A stretch of 64,000 nucleotides of DNA from contig CBDCCK010000002.1 of the NCBI GenBank assembly GCA_965214835.1, positions 1,728,001 to 1,792,000 on the forward strand, given 5' to 3'. The notes beneath the pieces were generated by a model, which was not told the origin of the DNA, ran no database searches, and saw only the letters and a program-made list of their open reading frames with translations. Shown in pieces: positions 20,994 through 31,250 of this stretch. This stretch comes from Nitrosopumilaceae archaeon (lineage in GTDB: Archaea; Thermoproteota; Nitrososphaeria; Nitrososphaerales; Nitrosopumilaceae). A program made the translations under genes and the position numbers. Position 1 is the first letter of the stretch. Each line of letters begins with the position of its first letter.

Positions 20994-21354
20994 TCTTATC
21001 AATCACCAGTATTGTCATTTGGTTGTGCTTCTTTTTAGGCCTTAACAGGTTTCCCTCGTCGTCGCTGACTATCATACTCACATCATTGTACGGCTTGGAA
21101 TCCTGACGCTCCGAGTCTGTCCATGTCCCTATGGCAGGCGTATGTCCCTCATCTATGGTTTTCCTGAAGGCCTCCTTGGAGGATTCGTCAAACGGCTTTG
21201 TATGGTGGGTGCGTCCAATTATCCCTACGGGTTTGCCGTCTATGCCGTGCACATCATAGAATTTCCTGCGATGTTCCGGGTTGTCAGCATCAAAGACCGA
21301 ATTTGTTACATAATCCCACGTTCCTGTAGCGCCCATTGCAATGAGCCGGTTCAT
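20971..21354 (-). CDS. Hypothetical protein, phage-like; possible SAM-lyase-like fold
   Basis: 127-aa ORF with a TATA-like TATAAA upstream; IGTW...YNDVSMIV...HNQMTILVID pattern. Confidence 0.5.
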   Translation of the reverse strand: MNRLIAMGATGTWDYVTNSVFDADNPEHRRKFYDVHGIDGKPVGIIGRTHHTKPFDESSKEAFRKTIDEGHTPAIGTWTDSERQDSKPYNDVSMIVSDDEGNLLRPKKKHNQMTILVIDKNANKRFI

Positions 21355-21541
21355 CGCCGGAAGGCCATTGGAGAACTCAGATGTCTTTATACTGCCGCCA
21401 TGCCTGCTAGCGGGATCCGGTCTTGCAGACTAGCCCTTTTTGTAGTTCATCGCAGACCACTCGCCTCTACATTCTCAGTGAACCTTCTCCTTATCCGTTT
21501 TGTGCCAAGACTCGGTATGTGTTATATGGAAATAATGTCCG

Positions 21542-21757
21542 CTATTCATTGATGTCCCTCTCCATCCATTTTGGGTCGGATTTCCTGATCGTTTCTGTGG
21601 CCGTTTTGTCCGAGAACGCCATGATGGGCGTCTGGCGGTGGGCTATGTCCAGCCCAAAGTGCAGCCTGCGTTCGTTATAGTACTTGATGTATGCTGCCAG
21701 GCTCTCATAGTGACGGATTTCGGCCTCTATGCTGCCGTGGAATCGCAGTAGGTCCAC
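21542..21757 (-). pseudogene. IS481/integrase-core transposase C-terminal fragment
   Basis: RFHGSIE...YIKYYNERRLHFGLD...TP. Confidence 0.7.
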
Positions 21758-22010
21758 ATCTGGGAAGACGTGGACCGCCCCGGTTCACGTCTGATATGCG
21801 ACGGCACGCAGACGGCAGAGGGCGACTGGGACGCCTATGATATCCCTACAATTATTTTTGTACGAGGCCCCCCTCGCCGGACGCGCTAATCCCTAACCAC
21901 ACCAAGAATGCAGACGAGTTTGGCAGGCTACACGGCAACGCCAGAGGGGTTAGCGCCAATGGGCGGCCTGAGATTGCCTGAACACACGATTTGTAAAGCC
22001 TAGAAATTTT

Positions 22011-23501
22011 TCACACCAGCAGCAAGAACAGGGAAGCAGGGATTAAAACCGCCTCGTTTTCCACCCGAAGATCATTTTTGGTTATGATGATTCCTCTTTT
22101 TGTCTTGGTTGCCTTTTTAAAATCAATCAGGCCGCCAAAATCGTCTTTTTTTATGTTATTTTGATACTTTACTTCAATTGGGATTAGCGAATCGCCATCC
22201 CTCACTACAAAATCTACCTCTCGTTTATCCTTACTTTTCCAATAAAACACCGAGGACTGGTAATCAAATCCCGTCTTTTTTCTAGCCATGTTAAATGCCA
22301 TTCGGATGCAGTGGTCTGCCACCGTCTGCTCGACCAGAGGGCCTTTGAATTCTGCACTATCTAATAGTTTTATGCTATATTCATAGGGGCTCTTTTGAGA
22401 GATGTGACCGTTCAAAGCGTGAAAAAAGAAGGGATCCTGAAAGAATATTTTCTTTAAACCGTCAAATTTTGGCTTGTCCTCACTGGAGTTATACCTATAA
22501 AAAACTGAGAGGACAAACATGTCCGACAGGGTTTTTACATATTCCTCGACTGTGTGGTGGCTGCCAATATCGGAGTTTTTCTTTAGCGAGTCCCACGATA
22601 CAGGATTGCTGATAGACTTTATTATGTTTGGGATCAGTTGAACCATATACGACGCATCTTTGTCTGCACGACGCAAATCCCCAATTGCAGAATCAACATA
22701 AATCTGATAAACAGAATCTTGAACGAACCCATTTTTTAAAAATTCGTTGATTGCTGCCGGAACACCTCCGGTAATCAAATAATCGTCAAGGTATCTGTCC
22801 AGTTCATTTTGGAAAGCAGACATTTCAAGCAGTGCATCGTCCGTCCTTCCATCTGCCAACCCCCTAATCGCGGAGAAGCGATTTTTTGCAAGAGTCAAGG
22901 ATCTGTCCGAAATTTCCTTGGCTAAACTTTTATCGATGGTTGGGATATATTCACCAAACTTCATGGGGGGCATAATTTTATCCAGAGTTTCGTTTGTCGG
23001 AATCCCCCTTCTTCCTGGTAACAGCTCCGTGGCATGTCTTAGATCGATAGAATGAGAGCCGGTTGCTAGGACGGTGCAATTTTTTAATTTTCCCTGATCC
23101 TTTAGTTTTTTTATTGCCTTGTGCCAGTCTTTTACGTTTGAAATCTCGTCAAGGTAGATGAAACGGCGTTTCTTCCCGTCATGTTTTGCCCTATTCAAAT
23201 ACTCGTTTATTACACTAATAACATCTCGGGGACTGTTTTCAAGCTCGAATGAATAATACGCCACATTCCATTTTGGCACCATTTGTAACACCCGTTGAAT
23301 CTCAAGCTTGGCCAAGGTAGTCTTGCCTACCTGTCTGGGCCCTTTCAGGGAATATACAAAATCTTCATCTTGAAGGGTCTTTCTGATTCTGGGATCCCAT
23401 CCCAGGCTGGATTGTTTCCAAGCAATTATGTGAGGATCCTTTTCTATCGCAGTTTCGTCCTTCCACCAAGGGTTGTATTCCAAAAGCTCACTGGCATACA
23501 T
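22011..23501 (-). CDS. AAA+ ATPase with C-terminal DUF4143 (PD-(D/E)XK-like) domain
   Basis: YNPWW, GPRQVGKTT, YLDEI, ATGS, GGVP, KKIFFQD and REVDFVV...PIEVKY motifs; visibly AT-richer than the flanking housekeeping genes. Confidence 0.88.
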   Translation of the reverse strand: MYASELLEYNPWWKDETAIEKDPHIIAWKQSSLGWDPRIRKTLQDEDFVYSLKGPRQVGKTTLAKLEIQRVLQMVPKWNVAYYSFELENSPRDVISVINEYLNRAKHDGKKRRFIYLDEISNVKDWHKAIKKLKDQGKLKNCTVLATGSHSIDLRHATELLPGRRGIPTNETLDKIMPPMKFGEYIPTIDKSLAKEISDRSLTLAKNRFSAIRGLADGRTDDALLEMSAFQNELDRYLDDYLITGGVPAAINEFLKNGFVQDSVYQIYVDSAIGDLRRADKDASYMVQLIPNIIKSISNPVSWDSLKKNSDIGSHHTVEEYVKTLSDMFVLSVFYRYNSSEDKPKFDGLKKIFFQDPFFFHALNGHISQKSPYEYSIKLLDSAEFKGPLVEQTVADHCIRMAFNMARKKTGFDYQSSVFYWKSKDKREVDFVVRDGDSLIPIEVKYQNNIKKDDFGGLIDFKKATKTKRGIIITKNDLRVENEAVLIPASLFLLLV

Positions 23502-23509
23502 GCATTGTA

Positions 23510-23583
23510 GACTGCCAGACTCTTTATAAATAAAACCAATTTGACTGCCAGACTCTTTATAAATAAAACCAATTTGACTGCCA
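23510..23583 (-). promoter_or_regulatory. 33-bp tandem duplication (2.2 copies) containing the TATA box of the ATPase gene
   Basis: GACTGCCAGACTCTTTATAAATAAAACCAATTT x2 plus GACTGCCA; the proximal TTTATAAA lies 22-29 nt upstream of the ATG at 23501. Confidence 0.7.
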
Positions 23584-23996
23584 TGTGCATTATAAGCAAG
23601 GAATTTTGCACTCTGATTTTGTATACGGACGAGGTTCCGTGCATCCGAAAATCACTTCCTGATGCCCGAGTCTTTCCCAGATGTGACCGACTCCTGACAG
23701 CGCAGACGGCGGCATGCGGATCTGCAGGCTGATCTAATACGGGGGTATTTTTCGCTTAGCTGAAGCACAGTCTTTCCAGAAGTCAGCGCGCAAGGTGCAT
23801 GGGAAGACAGCCGTTGATCCACATCGCCACTGCTACGGGCTCGGGTGTTTTAACCCGTGTTCAGGAGTTCCCCACAAGACAGCTCCGAATTTGACACAAT
23901 TAAGATTAGGCTGCCTGCAAATCCGTATGCCGCCTCCGTGAGCCGAGTACATCTGGGAAGACTGCTAATGGTACTAAAAATAAAAAATAGGGGGGA

Positions 23997-24956
23997 TTAT
24001 TTTCTGGCCAGAGTGGGCCTCAGCGCAACCTTGAGCTTGTATCTAGTCAGGATCTCCTTGCATCGGTTACGGATTGTAACCTCCGTGACGCCCGCAATGT
24101 CTGAGACGTCCCTTTGCAGGACGCTTTGCCCCAAAAGGACGGACGCTATATACAGATATGCTGCGGCGATTCCGTTTGGAGCCTTGCCGTCTGCAAGCTG
24201 GCTGTCCTTGGTCTTTTCTGCGATCTCCAGTGCAAATCTCTCTACTCTGACGTCTGTGTGGGTCAGGTTTGCCATCTTTGAGATATACTTGTCCATGGTG
24301 AGAACCGGTGCTACGACTGAGCCCATCTCCATCACCATAATCCTGTAGTATCTTGCGGCCAGCTTTGACTTGGCCTTGACGTCCTTTGGAGTGCAGATTG
24401 CCCTGGTGATCTCCTCCAGGGATCTGACCACGTCGCACTGCTTGCATGCCATGTATACCGTTGCCACAGAAATGCTTGTGACAGACTTTCCCTTCACCTC
24501 CATGTGCTCGTCTAGGCCTCTGTAGATCATAGATGCCGTCTCCAAGACGTTCCTTGGAAGGGAAAGGTTCTGACATGTCTCTGAGACCTTCATCAGAACG
24601 TTTGCAAGCCTCCTTTCTCTGGGCGACGATACCCTGACCCTCTGCTGCCATTTTCTCAGGTTGTGCATCTGGGATGCAACCTGGGCGTCGATTCTCTTTC
24701 CGCTAAAGTCCTTGGAGCTTATGGAGATCTCCGTCGTTATTCCCAGGTCGTGCTGGGACAGTGTCGTCTGTCCGGTAGCCCTTGCCATCTTCATCTTTTC
24801 TTCAAGACTGCTTGATATTGATTCTGGACCATAGTCTGCCATCTGTTCTGCCACGACAACGCCGCAGCTGGAGCAAATCCTCTCGCCGTTCTGAAGGTCG
24901 TCTACTAGCGCAGACTGACACTCAGGACAGCAGTGTGTTGTTTCTAGTGTGTTCAT
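23997..24956 (-). CDS. tfb: Transcription initiation factor IIB
   Basis: Zn ribbon CPEC...CSSCG, LRKWQQR, GKAPNGIAAAYLY and GVTEVTIRNR motifs. Confidence 0.95.
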   Translation of the reverse strand: MNTLETTHCCPECQSALVDDLQNGERICSSCGVVVAEQMADYGPESISSSLEEKMKMARATGQTTLSQHDLGITTEISISSKDFSGKRIDAQVASQMHNLRKWQQRVRVSSPRERRLANVLMKVSETCQNLSLPRNVLETASMIYRGLDEHMEVKGKSVTSISVATVYMACKQCDVVRSLEEITRAICTPKDVKAKSKLAARYYRIMVMEMGSVVAPVLTMDKYISKMANLTHTDVRVERFALEIAEKTKDSQLADGKAPNGIAAAYLYIASVLLGQSVLQRDVSDIAGVTEVTIRNRCKEILTRYKLKVALRPTLARK

Positions 24957-25222
24957 CTTTGTTTTCTCCTGAATTTTTTTTGTTTAACTGCAGGGGATAG
25001 TTCTGAGGCGAAAACCCTCTTGCCGGTGAACTTTTTTATGTTGTTGGTCAGCGAGGATGCAGATGCATATGGACTGTCCACTGGACCGATTAGCTCCATA
25101 ACCTTTGCAACCTTCACACTGTTTTCATCGCAGAGTATCTGCCCTTCATCGACCTTACTTGAAAGCCTGACAATTACCCTGCCGCTACTGGCCAAGTGTG
25201 ATATTTCGCCTACCTCCTGCAA
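24953..25222 (-). CDS. gar1: H/ACA RNP subunit Gar1
   Basis: VAKVMELIGPVDSPYA motif; coupled to tfb (ATGA). Confidence 0.85.
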   Translation of the reverse strand: MQEVGEISHLASSGRVIVRLSSKVDEGQILCDENSVKVAKVMELIGPVDSPYASASSLTNNIKKFTGKRVFASELSPAVKQKKFRRKQR

Positions 25223-25296
25223 CTACCAATCAGAGCAAACTGATAGTTATCATATACTTCTGTCAATTTTACTTTAGCTACAAGCTAGAATTGATC

Positions 25297-25596
25297 TCAT
25301 TTTGACTGTTTGGACCTCTTTGCAACCATCTTTTCTGAGATTTTGTCAAGAATTCTTGTCTTCGGGGATCCCTTTGGCAGTACGATGTATCCTGACCTGA
25401 CGTACGGCCTCCTAGGAAACCTTACCGAGTCCTCCGACTCTACAACCTTGAACCCTGCGGCCCTTGCGGCGTCTGACAGCTCGTTTAATGACGGGTCAAA
25501 AACGCATCCGTCCCTGCCAACGCGCCTCCCCTTTGAGCGCGGCAGCGTCTTGTTGAAATAGTCCAGCCAGATCACGACATGCTCGTAATCCTTCAT
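25297..25596 (-). CDS. srp19: Signal recognition particle protein SRP19
   Basis: VIWLDYFN...RSKGRRV...P-L-EL...FPR motifs. Confidence 0.9.
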   Translation of the reverse strand: MKDYEHVVIWLDYFNKTLPRSKGRRVGRDGCVFDPSLNELSDAARAAGFKVVESEDSVRFPRRPYVRSGYIVLPKGSPKTRILDKISEKMVAKRSKQSK

Positions 25597-26301
25597 TTAC
25601 GCATCACCTCCAATTCGATCATCTTAGCTACTTGTCCCCCCAGCTTTTATGTGCATTTCTGAGCCCTCCAACATGTCACCTGTGGCCGTCCTACATCATT
25701 AAGTTTTGTCCTTCGTGCCGTTCTCCCCAGTCGGTGCATGTATGGCTCCCACTCTGATTTTTGCACGTTTTTTGCAGTTGAAAATGTACGCCCCAAATTT
25801 CACCTCTGAAGTCGCACCTCCACCCATCCACGATCCTGCACGCATGGGATCCTGCATGCCAAGGCTCCATGCAACGGCAATGGGAGGCAGCAACACGTTT
25901 ACAACTATTGGGATTTTGATGCCGTCATCTCCGGATGGTCCTTATCGATGTGCAAGACCGCTCCCACCGGCCGTAGATGGCCTTCAAGAACTTATGGTTG
26001 CAGGCATATGATTTGTGGACAGCCTGATTCCTCAAATATTGCAATCATGATTGATGGATCAAGTACCTTCAAAAAGTCACCACGAAGTTTGCCGTGTACT
26101 TTTTTTATGATGTGGCTGTGTGGGTTGTTTGACAGTTCAAGCCCTTTCTGCCAGAGTCTTGTTTTTGACTAGCGGAGGGACACGTCTTTTCATGTGTGGT
26201 TTTGAGTTATCGTACCTGGCTGATTCGCTAGTCACGTCTGGACGTGCATAATACACATAAGCAAAGATCTCCCTGGCACTCATGTCACTAAGGGACTACG
26301 T

Positions 26302-26383
26302 GCATGGGCCACGTCCTTTTACTGCATGAAAATCCCAGTCACATGCAAAACCATGTGGTTGGCAAGGGGCGGTGACCCCGTAC
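26302..26383. mobile_element. IS66-derived MITE (family F), degenerate; a further copy at 27001-27084
   Basis: gccacgtcc...gcatgaaaatc...aggggcggtgaccccgtac. Confidence 0.55.
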
Positions 26384-26581
26384 CCCCGTATCCGGTCAGC
26401 AAACCAACATTTTTTCATTTTCCTTCAACTCAAACCCCACTGCCATGTGCCTGCACTCCTCGGCCAATCTGACTCTCCCCGTCACAAAAACTCCGACATC
26501 CTCCGGGCATCTGGCATTCCCATCTGCTCCCCTGCCATATGGCCATAATTGTCCGCATTATAGCTGGCCTGCTCTTTAGCC

Positions 26582-26674
26582 TATAGTGGCGACTGAAAGT
26601 TTTTGAGCACCTATGGGCATGAAATATGCAGGAAGACGCTTTTTGATGATCAAAGACTTTCAGTCGCCACTATA
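26582..26674. mobile_element. MITE family E (93 bp), derivative of the IS630 at 33549
   Basis: TATAGTGGCGACTGAAAGTTTTTGA...TCAAAGACTTTCAGTCGCCACTATA. Confidence 0.85.
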
Positions 26675-27186
26675 GTCCTGTTTGCCTGAAAGCAGAACCA
26701 TCGTTTTTTGTTGCCCTGTCATGCCTTTGGCTGGCTCATCACGGGCATTAAATGGCAGAACCATCAATCTTTGCAGCCGGCCCTGCACCATTGGCCATTT
26801 TTTGCCTCAAACTCGCCATTCCTCCATCCTGATTATTTTGATATGCAGGTCAAAGTCCGAATATCGTACGGGGGGGGGGTTGTCTTGTAATTCCACTCGT
26901 TTGGATCAATTGGCATATTTTTGAGTTTTCCCCTTTTTTCACGCCTAGCCCAGATGGCACCTTGCGGTTTTCAGGGATTCTGAATTGGACGGCAGCCCCC
27001 GTACGAGGCCGCCTCCCCCCAAACAAACATGCAAGTTTGCCGCAGCTGTGACTTTTGCGCCCAGCAGGGGGCCGTGATCTCGTGCCGAATACCGCATGCC
27101 TGCTGATTGAACCCCCCACAGTGGCACAAAACTAGGCAGCATCGTAAAATCCCTGCTCCGAACGTGGAGGCTAGACCACCATCTTA

Positions 27187-27567
27187 TCACTTTACCAAGA
27201 CGGCATTTACCACGCCGTCTTGCCCTGGCCTTGAGACAATCCTGCATTTTCCGTCCTCCGTTTCAAGGACTGCGCCCTTTGTAATCACGCCACGGCGTCT
27301 GTAGTCGTTGTTTGTCGGGTTTTCCAATACCTTGAGAATCTTTGTCTTTTTTACCCTGCCGTCTTCGGTGACCAGGTTTGCAAAGTCAATTGTTTTTAGT
27401 GCCGTTTTGCTGTTGCCGCCCCTGACCCTTCTTGTAATTGTTACCTGTGCGCCCGTAAGTGCCTCGTTTGGGTACCTGTCTGTCTCGTACTTTCGCCTGA
27501 TTCTTAGCGGATGACGGATGCCTCCGGTTATCTTGCTGGTTGCCAGGTTCTCTACGGATTTTCTCAC
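27187..27567 (-). CDS. rps8e: 30S ribosomal protein S8e
   Basis: KITGG, RVRGGN, NNDYRRRGVITKGA and SRPGQDGVVNA motifs. Confidence 0.97.
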   Translation of the reverse strand: MRKSVENLATSKITGGIRHPLRIRRKYETDRYPNEALTGAQVTITRRVRGGNSKTALKTIDFANLVTEDGRVKKTKILKVLENPTNNDYRRRGVITKGAVLETEDGKCRIVSRPGQDGVVNAVLVK

Positions 27568-27626
27568 GCGTTACCTCAAGTCCACTCTAATTTATACACA
27601 GCGGCAAATTCGTGCACAGAATGTGA

Positions 27627-28181
27627 CTATGTAAGCGTGTTTTCCACCTGGTGCCCTGATACCCTTCTTACCTTCTTGAAGAGCTTTTGCTTGAGCGAGT
27701 CCGCATCCCCCTGGATCCCGAAATATTTCTGGAACTTTTCAGTCGTGGTGTATATTTTGAGCCTCCCGACATTTTGGTGCCGGATAAAGTCAAGCTGTCT
27801 GAGCTCCTTTAGGTGGGAGTATACCCCCGTTCCCCTAGTTTCCACCAGCTGCTTTGAGGAGATCGGCTGCATGTATGCGACATATGACAGCGTCTTGAGT
27901 GTGGCCTTTGGCAGGATTGGCTTTGACGCATACCGTCTGATCACGTCCGTATATTCGGGCTTTAGCTGAAACACGTACGTTCCATCCGGAAGTATGACCA
28001 CCTCCAATGCCTTGAAGTTGGCCTTTGTCTTTTTCATAATCCGGCTTAGAATCTCCAGTGTTTTCGTTCTAGATTCGGTCCCTGACGCCCTTATGATCTC
28101 CTCTATTCTCAGCGGCCTTCCGGCCGAATACAGTGCGGCCTCTGTCCTCGCTATTGCCTCGTTCTGGCCGATTTTCTCCAG
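27627..28181 (-). CDS. scpB: Segregation and condensation protein B, CTG start
   Basis: The frame is open from CTG GAG AAA ATC (28181) through EAALYSAGRPL to TLSYVAYMQP...RG...GRLKIYTTT-KF--YFG; GGAGGTG lies 6 nt upstream of the CTG. Confidence 0.85.
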   Translation of the reverse strand: MEKIGQNEAIARTEAALYSAGRPLRIEEIIRASGTESRTKTLEILSRIMKKTKANFKALEVVILPDGTYVFQLKPEYTDVIRRYASKPILPKATLKTLSYVAYMQPISSKQLVETRGTGVYSHLKELRQLDFIRHQNVGRLKIYTTTEKFQKYFGIQGDADSLKQKLFKKVRRVSGHQVENTLT

Positions 28182-28880
28182 CTATGGCACCTCCTGATTC
28201 CCATGCACTGCCGGCTCTTGGCCTAGCAGCGTTATCCTGATGTCCTCGCCGGCCTGCTCCAGATCGACTTTTCCATCCCTTGCCAAAAACAATACTGCAA
28301 AAAAGCACCTGATCGAGTCCACCCCGTCCAGATCCGCCGTGATGTCCTGAAGCATTCCAAACCCTGCCGCCGTGATCTTCCTTAGCACCAAATCCTCGTA
28401 TTTTTCAATGATGTTCTCTAGCGAAATAAAATACTCCTCAAAGTTCGGGGTCTCGACTGGCTCGAAGCTCATCCTGTTACCCCTTCTTGACTGCGGGTTT
28501 GCAATGGAGCCAATCAGGTTTTCAAGCAGTCCAAGCAGCTCGTCAAGTGTCACGGGATATGTTGATTCGTGCCTGTATGGCATGTTGACCAGTTCAATGT
28601 CCACATCCTTTCTCTGGCGCATCGGCTTTTTCTCCATTGCCGCCTTTTGCAGTGCAAATATGCTCTCCACCTTCATCCTGTATATCAGTGAAGACGACAG
28701 AGCCGCCATGCCTGCCACGCGGAGGTCTTTTTTGCCGCCCTTCTCCAGAATCCTGATCAGGAGCCTGAGAATACTGATCAGGTCAATCTCCCATACGTCC
28801 CGCTTTGCGATTGCTGACGTGTTAAACAGCACATTGACTGGGGCCTGGGAGATGCTGGTGGGGGAACCGTCTTGACTCAT
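28182..28880 (-). CDS. scpA: Segregation and condensation protein A (kleisin)
   Basis: DVWEIDL, PVTLDELL and FFAVLFLA...VDLEQ motifs; adjacent to scpB. Confidence 0.85.
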   Translation of the reverse strand: MSQDGSPTSISQAPVNVLFNTSAIAKRDVWEIDLISILRLLIRILEKGGKKDLRVAGMAALSSSLIYRMKVESIFALQKAAMEKKPMRQRKDVDIELVNMPYRHESTYPVTLDELLGLLENLIGSIANPQSRRGNRMSFEPVETPNFEEYFISLENIIEKYEDLVLRKITAAGFGMLQDITADLDGVDSIRCFFAVLFLARDGKVDLEQAGEDIRITLLGQEPAVHGNQEVP

Positions 28881-29485
28881 ACGAGATTTTTCGTAGTGTT
28901 ACATAATATATAGAAGCTCTATTTTTTTGTCCCTTCCAGTCAACTCTTATCTTGCGGTCAAAGCCTAGCAGTTGATCGCTTGTCCCCTAGATCATCTCCT
29001 TGATCATGCTATCAAGGAGTACGAGGTCACGTCCCATTGCTGACCAGGCATGGAAATCATAGATATGCATGCCAACTCGCGCTTAATTGCACAGTGAAAG
29101 ACGGCCTCACACCCTCTCCATGCCTGCAGGGGGCCGGGGGGGGGGGGGACAAAATTACTAATTTCGTTTACGTGCAAGGTCTTGTGACGCAAAAGTTCTT
29201 GTAGTATTCCATGATCAGACACTCCTACAAGCAACAGGTGATCTTCAAGAATTTATGATTGCCAGTATGGCATATGGATCAGTACCATCATCAATATTTT
29301 ACTGACTGTCAAGGGCACGTGGCCTCATGATTTTTTGATCTGTACTGATTGCAAAGTACAACAACAGCTGCAGATCACTGTAAGGGAGTGACTGCATGCA
29401 GTACCTGCTGCAGCAAAAACCGGGATAGGCAATTTTGTTGTAAGGTGAATTCTTTGTTTAAATAAGGCACGGATTTAGCCAGTCC

Positions 29486-30163
29486 ATGTCAGAAGAGGAT
29501 CACAGGCAGTACTACTTTGATTTTTCATTCTTCAAGGTCGATCCAAAATGGAGGTGGATGGCAGACTTGGCAAAGGAGGAATCAGCAAGGGAGGTCGAGA
29601 TTGTAGTAAAAAACTCGGGAATCCGTGCAAGGACCTATTCGACCCTGGGCCTGAGGGATGATGCGGACTTTTTGTTCTGGTTTGCGGCAGAATCTGTCGA
29701 GGATATTCAAAGCGTGATTACAAAGCTATACTCGACGGTGTTTGGAAAGTATATCGTCCCATCAAGAACGTACCTGTCCTGCACCCGGCCCTCGATCTAT
29801 GCAAAGAAAAGAAGACCAATGTCGTTTGTAGCAGGGGACGATCCAAAAAAATACCTGGTAGTGTATCCCTTTGTAAAGAGCAGGGAGTGGTATCTGCTGA
29901 CAAAGGAGAAAAGGCAGGAGTTGATGGACGAACACATTGAGGTCAGCCAAAAATATCCAAAGATAGTGCTGAATACGACATACTCGTTTGGCATAGGGGA
30001 TCAGGACTTTATGCTTGCATTTGAGATGGACAACCTGCGGGACTTTCAGGATCTGATTATGGATCTCAAGGAAACACAGGTGTCTAGGTTCGTAGCCGAA
30101 GACGTGCCGATGACGCCGTGCGTCAAAAAGGACATCATTCCGCTGATTTCAAGCATGGGATGA
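29486..30163 (+). CDS. Chlorite dismutase-family protein (ChdC/HemQ-like coproheme decarboxylase candidate)
   Basis: YPFVKSREWYLL, M-EH, YSFGIGDQDF motifs; TTTAAATA box ~25 nt upstream. Confidence 0.85.
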   Translation: MSEEDHRQYYFDFSFFKVDPKWRWMADLAKEESAREVEIVVKNSGIRARTYSTLGLRDDADFLFWFAAESVEDIQSVITKLYSTVFGKYIVPSRTYLSCTRPSIYAKKRRPMSFVAGDDPKKYLVVYPFVKSREWYLLTKEKRQELMDEHIEVSQKYPKIVLNTTYSFGIGDQDFMLAFEMDNLRDFQDLIMDLKETQVSRFVAEDVPMTPCVKKDIIPLISSMG

Positions 30164-30251
30164 GTGGGGAGGACTAGATGCCGATGCCGCAAATCCCGGA
30201 TAGACATAAATTCAAAAAAAAAACTCCAACCAGCCTAGGAGGCGATGCACG

Positions 30252-31250
30252 ATGAAATACAACAAGCTGGGAAAAAGCGGAATCGAGGTCTCGGAGATAG
30301 GGTTTGGGGCATGGACCATTGCGCTTGACTGGTGGGGGAAAAAAATACCGGAAGACGAGGCACGAAGGATGCTAAAAAAGGCGTATGACCTGGGGGTTAA
30401 CTTTTTTGAGACGGGGGACATGTATGGAGGCGGGAAGAGCGAGAGGCTGATCGGCGAGGTCTTTGGCGGCATGAGAGACGAGATAGTAATCTCGACAAAA
30501 TACGGGTATGATTTTGAGGGGGTGGACCAAATAGGCCACAGCGAGCTGCCCCAGCGGTTCGATGAGGGGTTTACCAGAAGGGCATTGAAAAACAGCCTGG
30601 AAAGGCTGCAGACGGATCACGTTGACGTCTACGGACTGCACAACCCCAAACTAAACCACGTCAGAGACGACTCTATCTTCTCAACATTGGACTCGCTAAG
30701 GGGGGAGGGGAAGCTCAGGACGTGCCAGGTCGCGCTGGGGCCGGCAATAGGGTGGACCCGGGAGGGGGTGGAGGCCATGAGGCGCCCAAACATAAGTGCC
30801 GTGCAAACGGTCTACAACATTCTTGAGCAGACCCCTGGAAACGAATTACTGGAAAACGCAGGCAAAAGTGACGTGGGGATCCTAGTCAGGGTACCGGACG
30901 CGTCAGGAATCCTTACAGGCAAGGTGGGGGCAGACACCAAGATTGACGAGCGGGATCACCGCTCGGTACGCAAGGGGGAATGGATCAAAGAATCGCTGAA
31001 AAAGGTCGAGCAGCTGCGGCCCATTGCAGAAAGAAACGGCCTGGGCATCACGGAGCTGGCAATCAGGTTCATTTTATCTAAAAAGGGAGTTGCATCGGTG
31101 CTTCCCACCGTCGTAAGCATCGAGGAGATCGAGCAGTTTGCATCCATGTCTGATGGGGGATACATCGGGGGGTCAGACATGGGGGAGATCGACGAGCTGT
31201 TCAGCTCATGGCCGGAATACGAGCTAAAGTCAACCGCACAGACGGCATGA
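30252..31250 (+). CDS. Aldo/keto reductase
   Basis: LGKSGIEVSEIGFG, FFETGDMYG, ISTKYG and SLERLQTDHVDVYGLH motifs. Confidence 0.92.
   Translation: MKYNKLGKSGIEVSEIGFGAWTIALDWWGKKIPEDEARRMLKKAYDLGVNFFETGDMYGGGKSERLIGEVFGGMRDEIVISTKYGYDFEGVDQIGHSELPQRFDEGFTRRALKNSLERLQTDHVDVYGLHNPKLNHVRDDSIFSTLDSLRGEGKLRTCQVALGPAIGWTREGVEAMRRPNISAVQTVYNILEQTPGNELLENAGKSDVGILVRVPDASGILTGKVGADTKIDERDHRSVRKGEWIKESLKKVEQLRPIAERNGLGITELAIRFILSKKGVASVLPTVVSIEEIEQFASMSDGGYIGGSDMGEIDELFSSWPEYELKSTAQTA

Noticed and set aside
29136-29148. Poly-G tracts (also 26870-26879 and 54772-54782) as phase-variation switches
   Set aside because: They lie in MITE/IS or intergenic debris rather than in a host gene or evident promoter, and their lengths may be sequencing noise.
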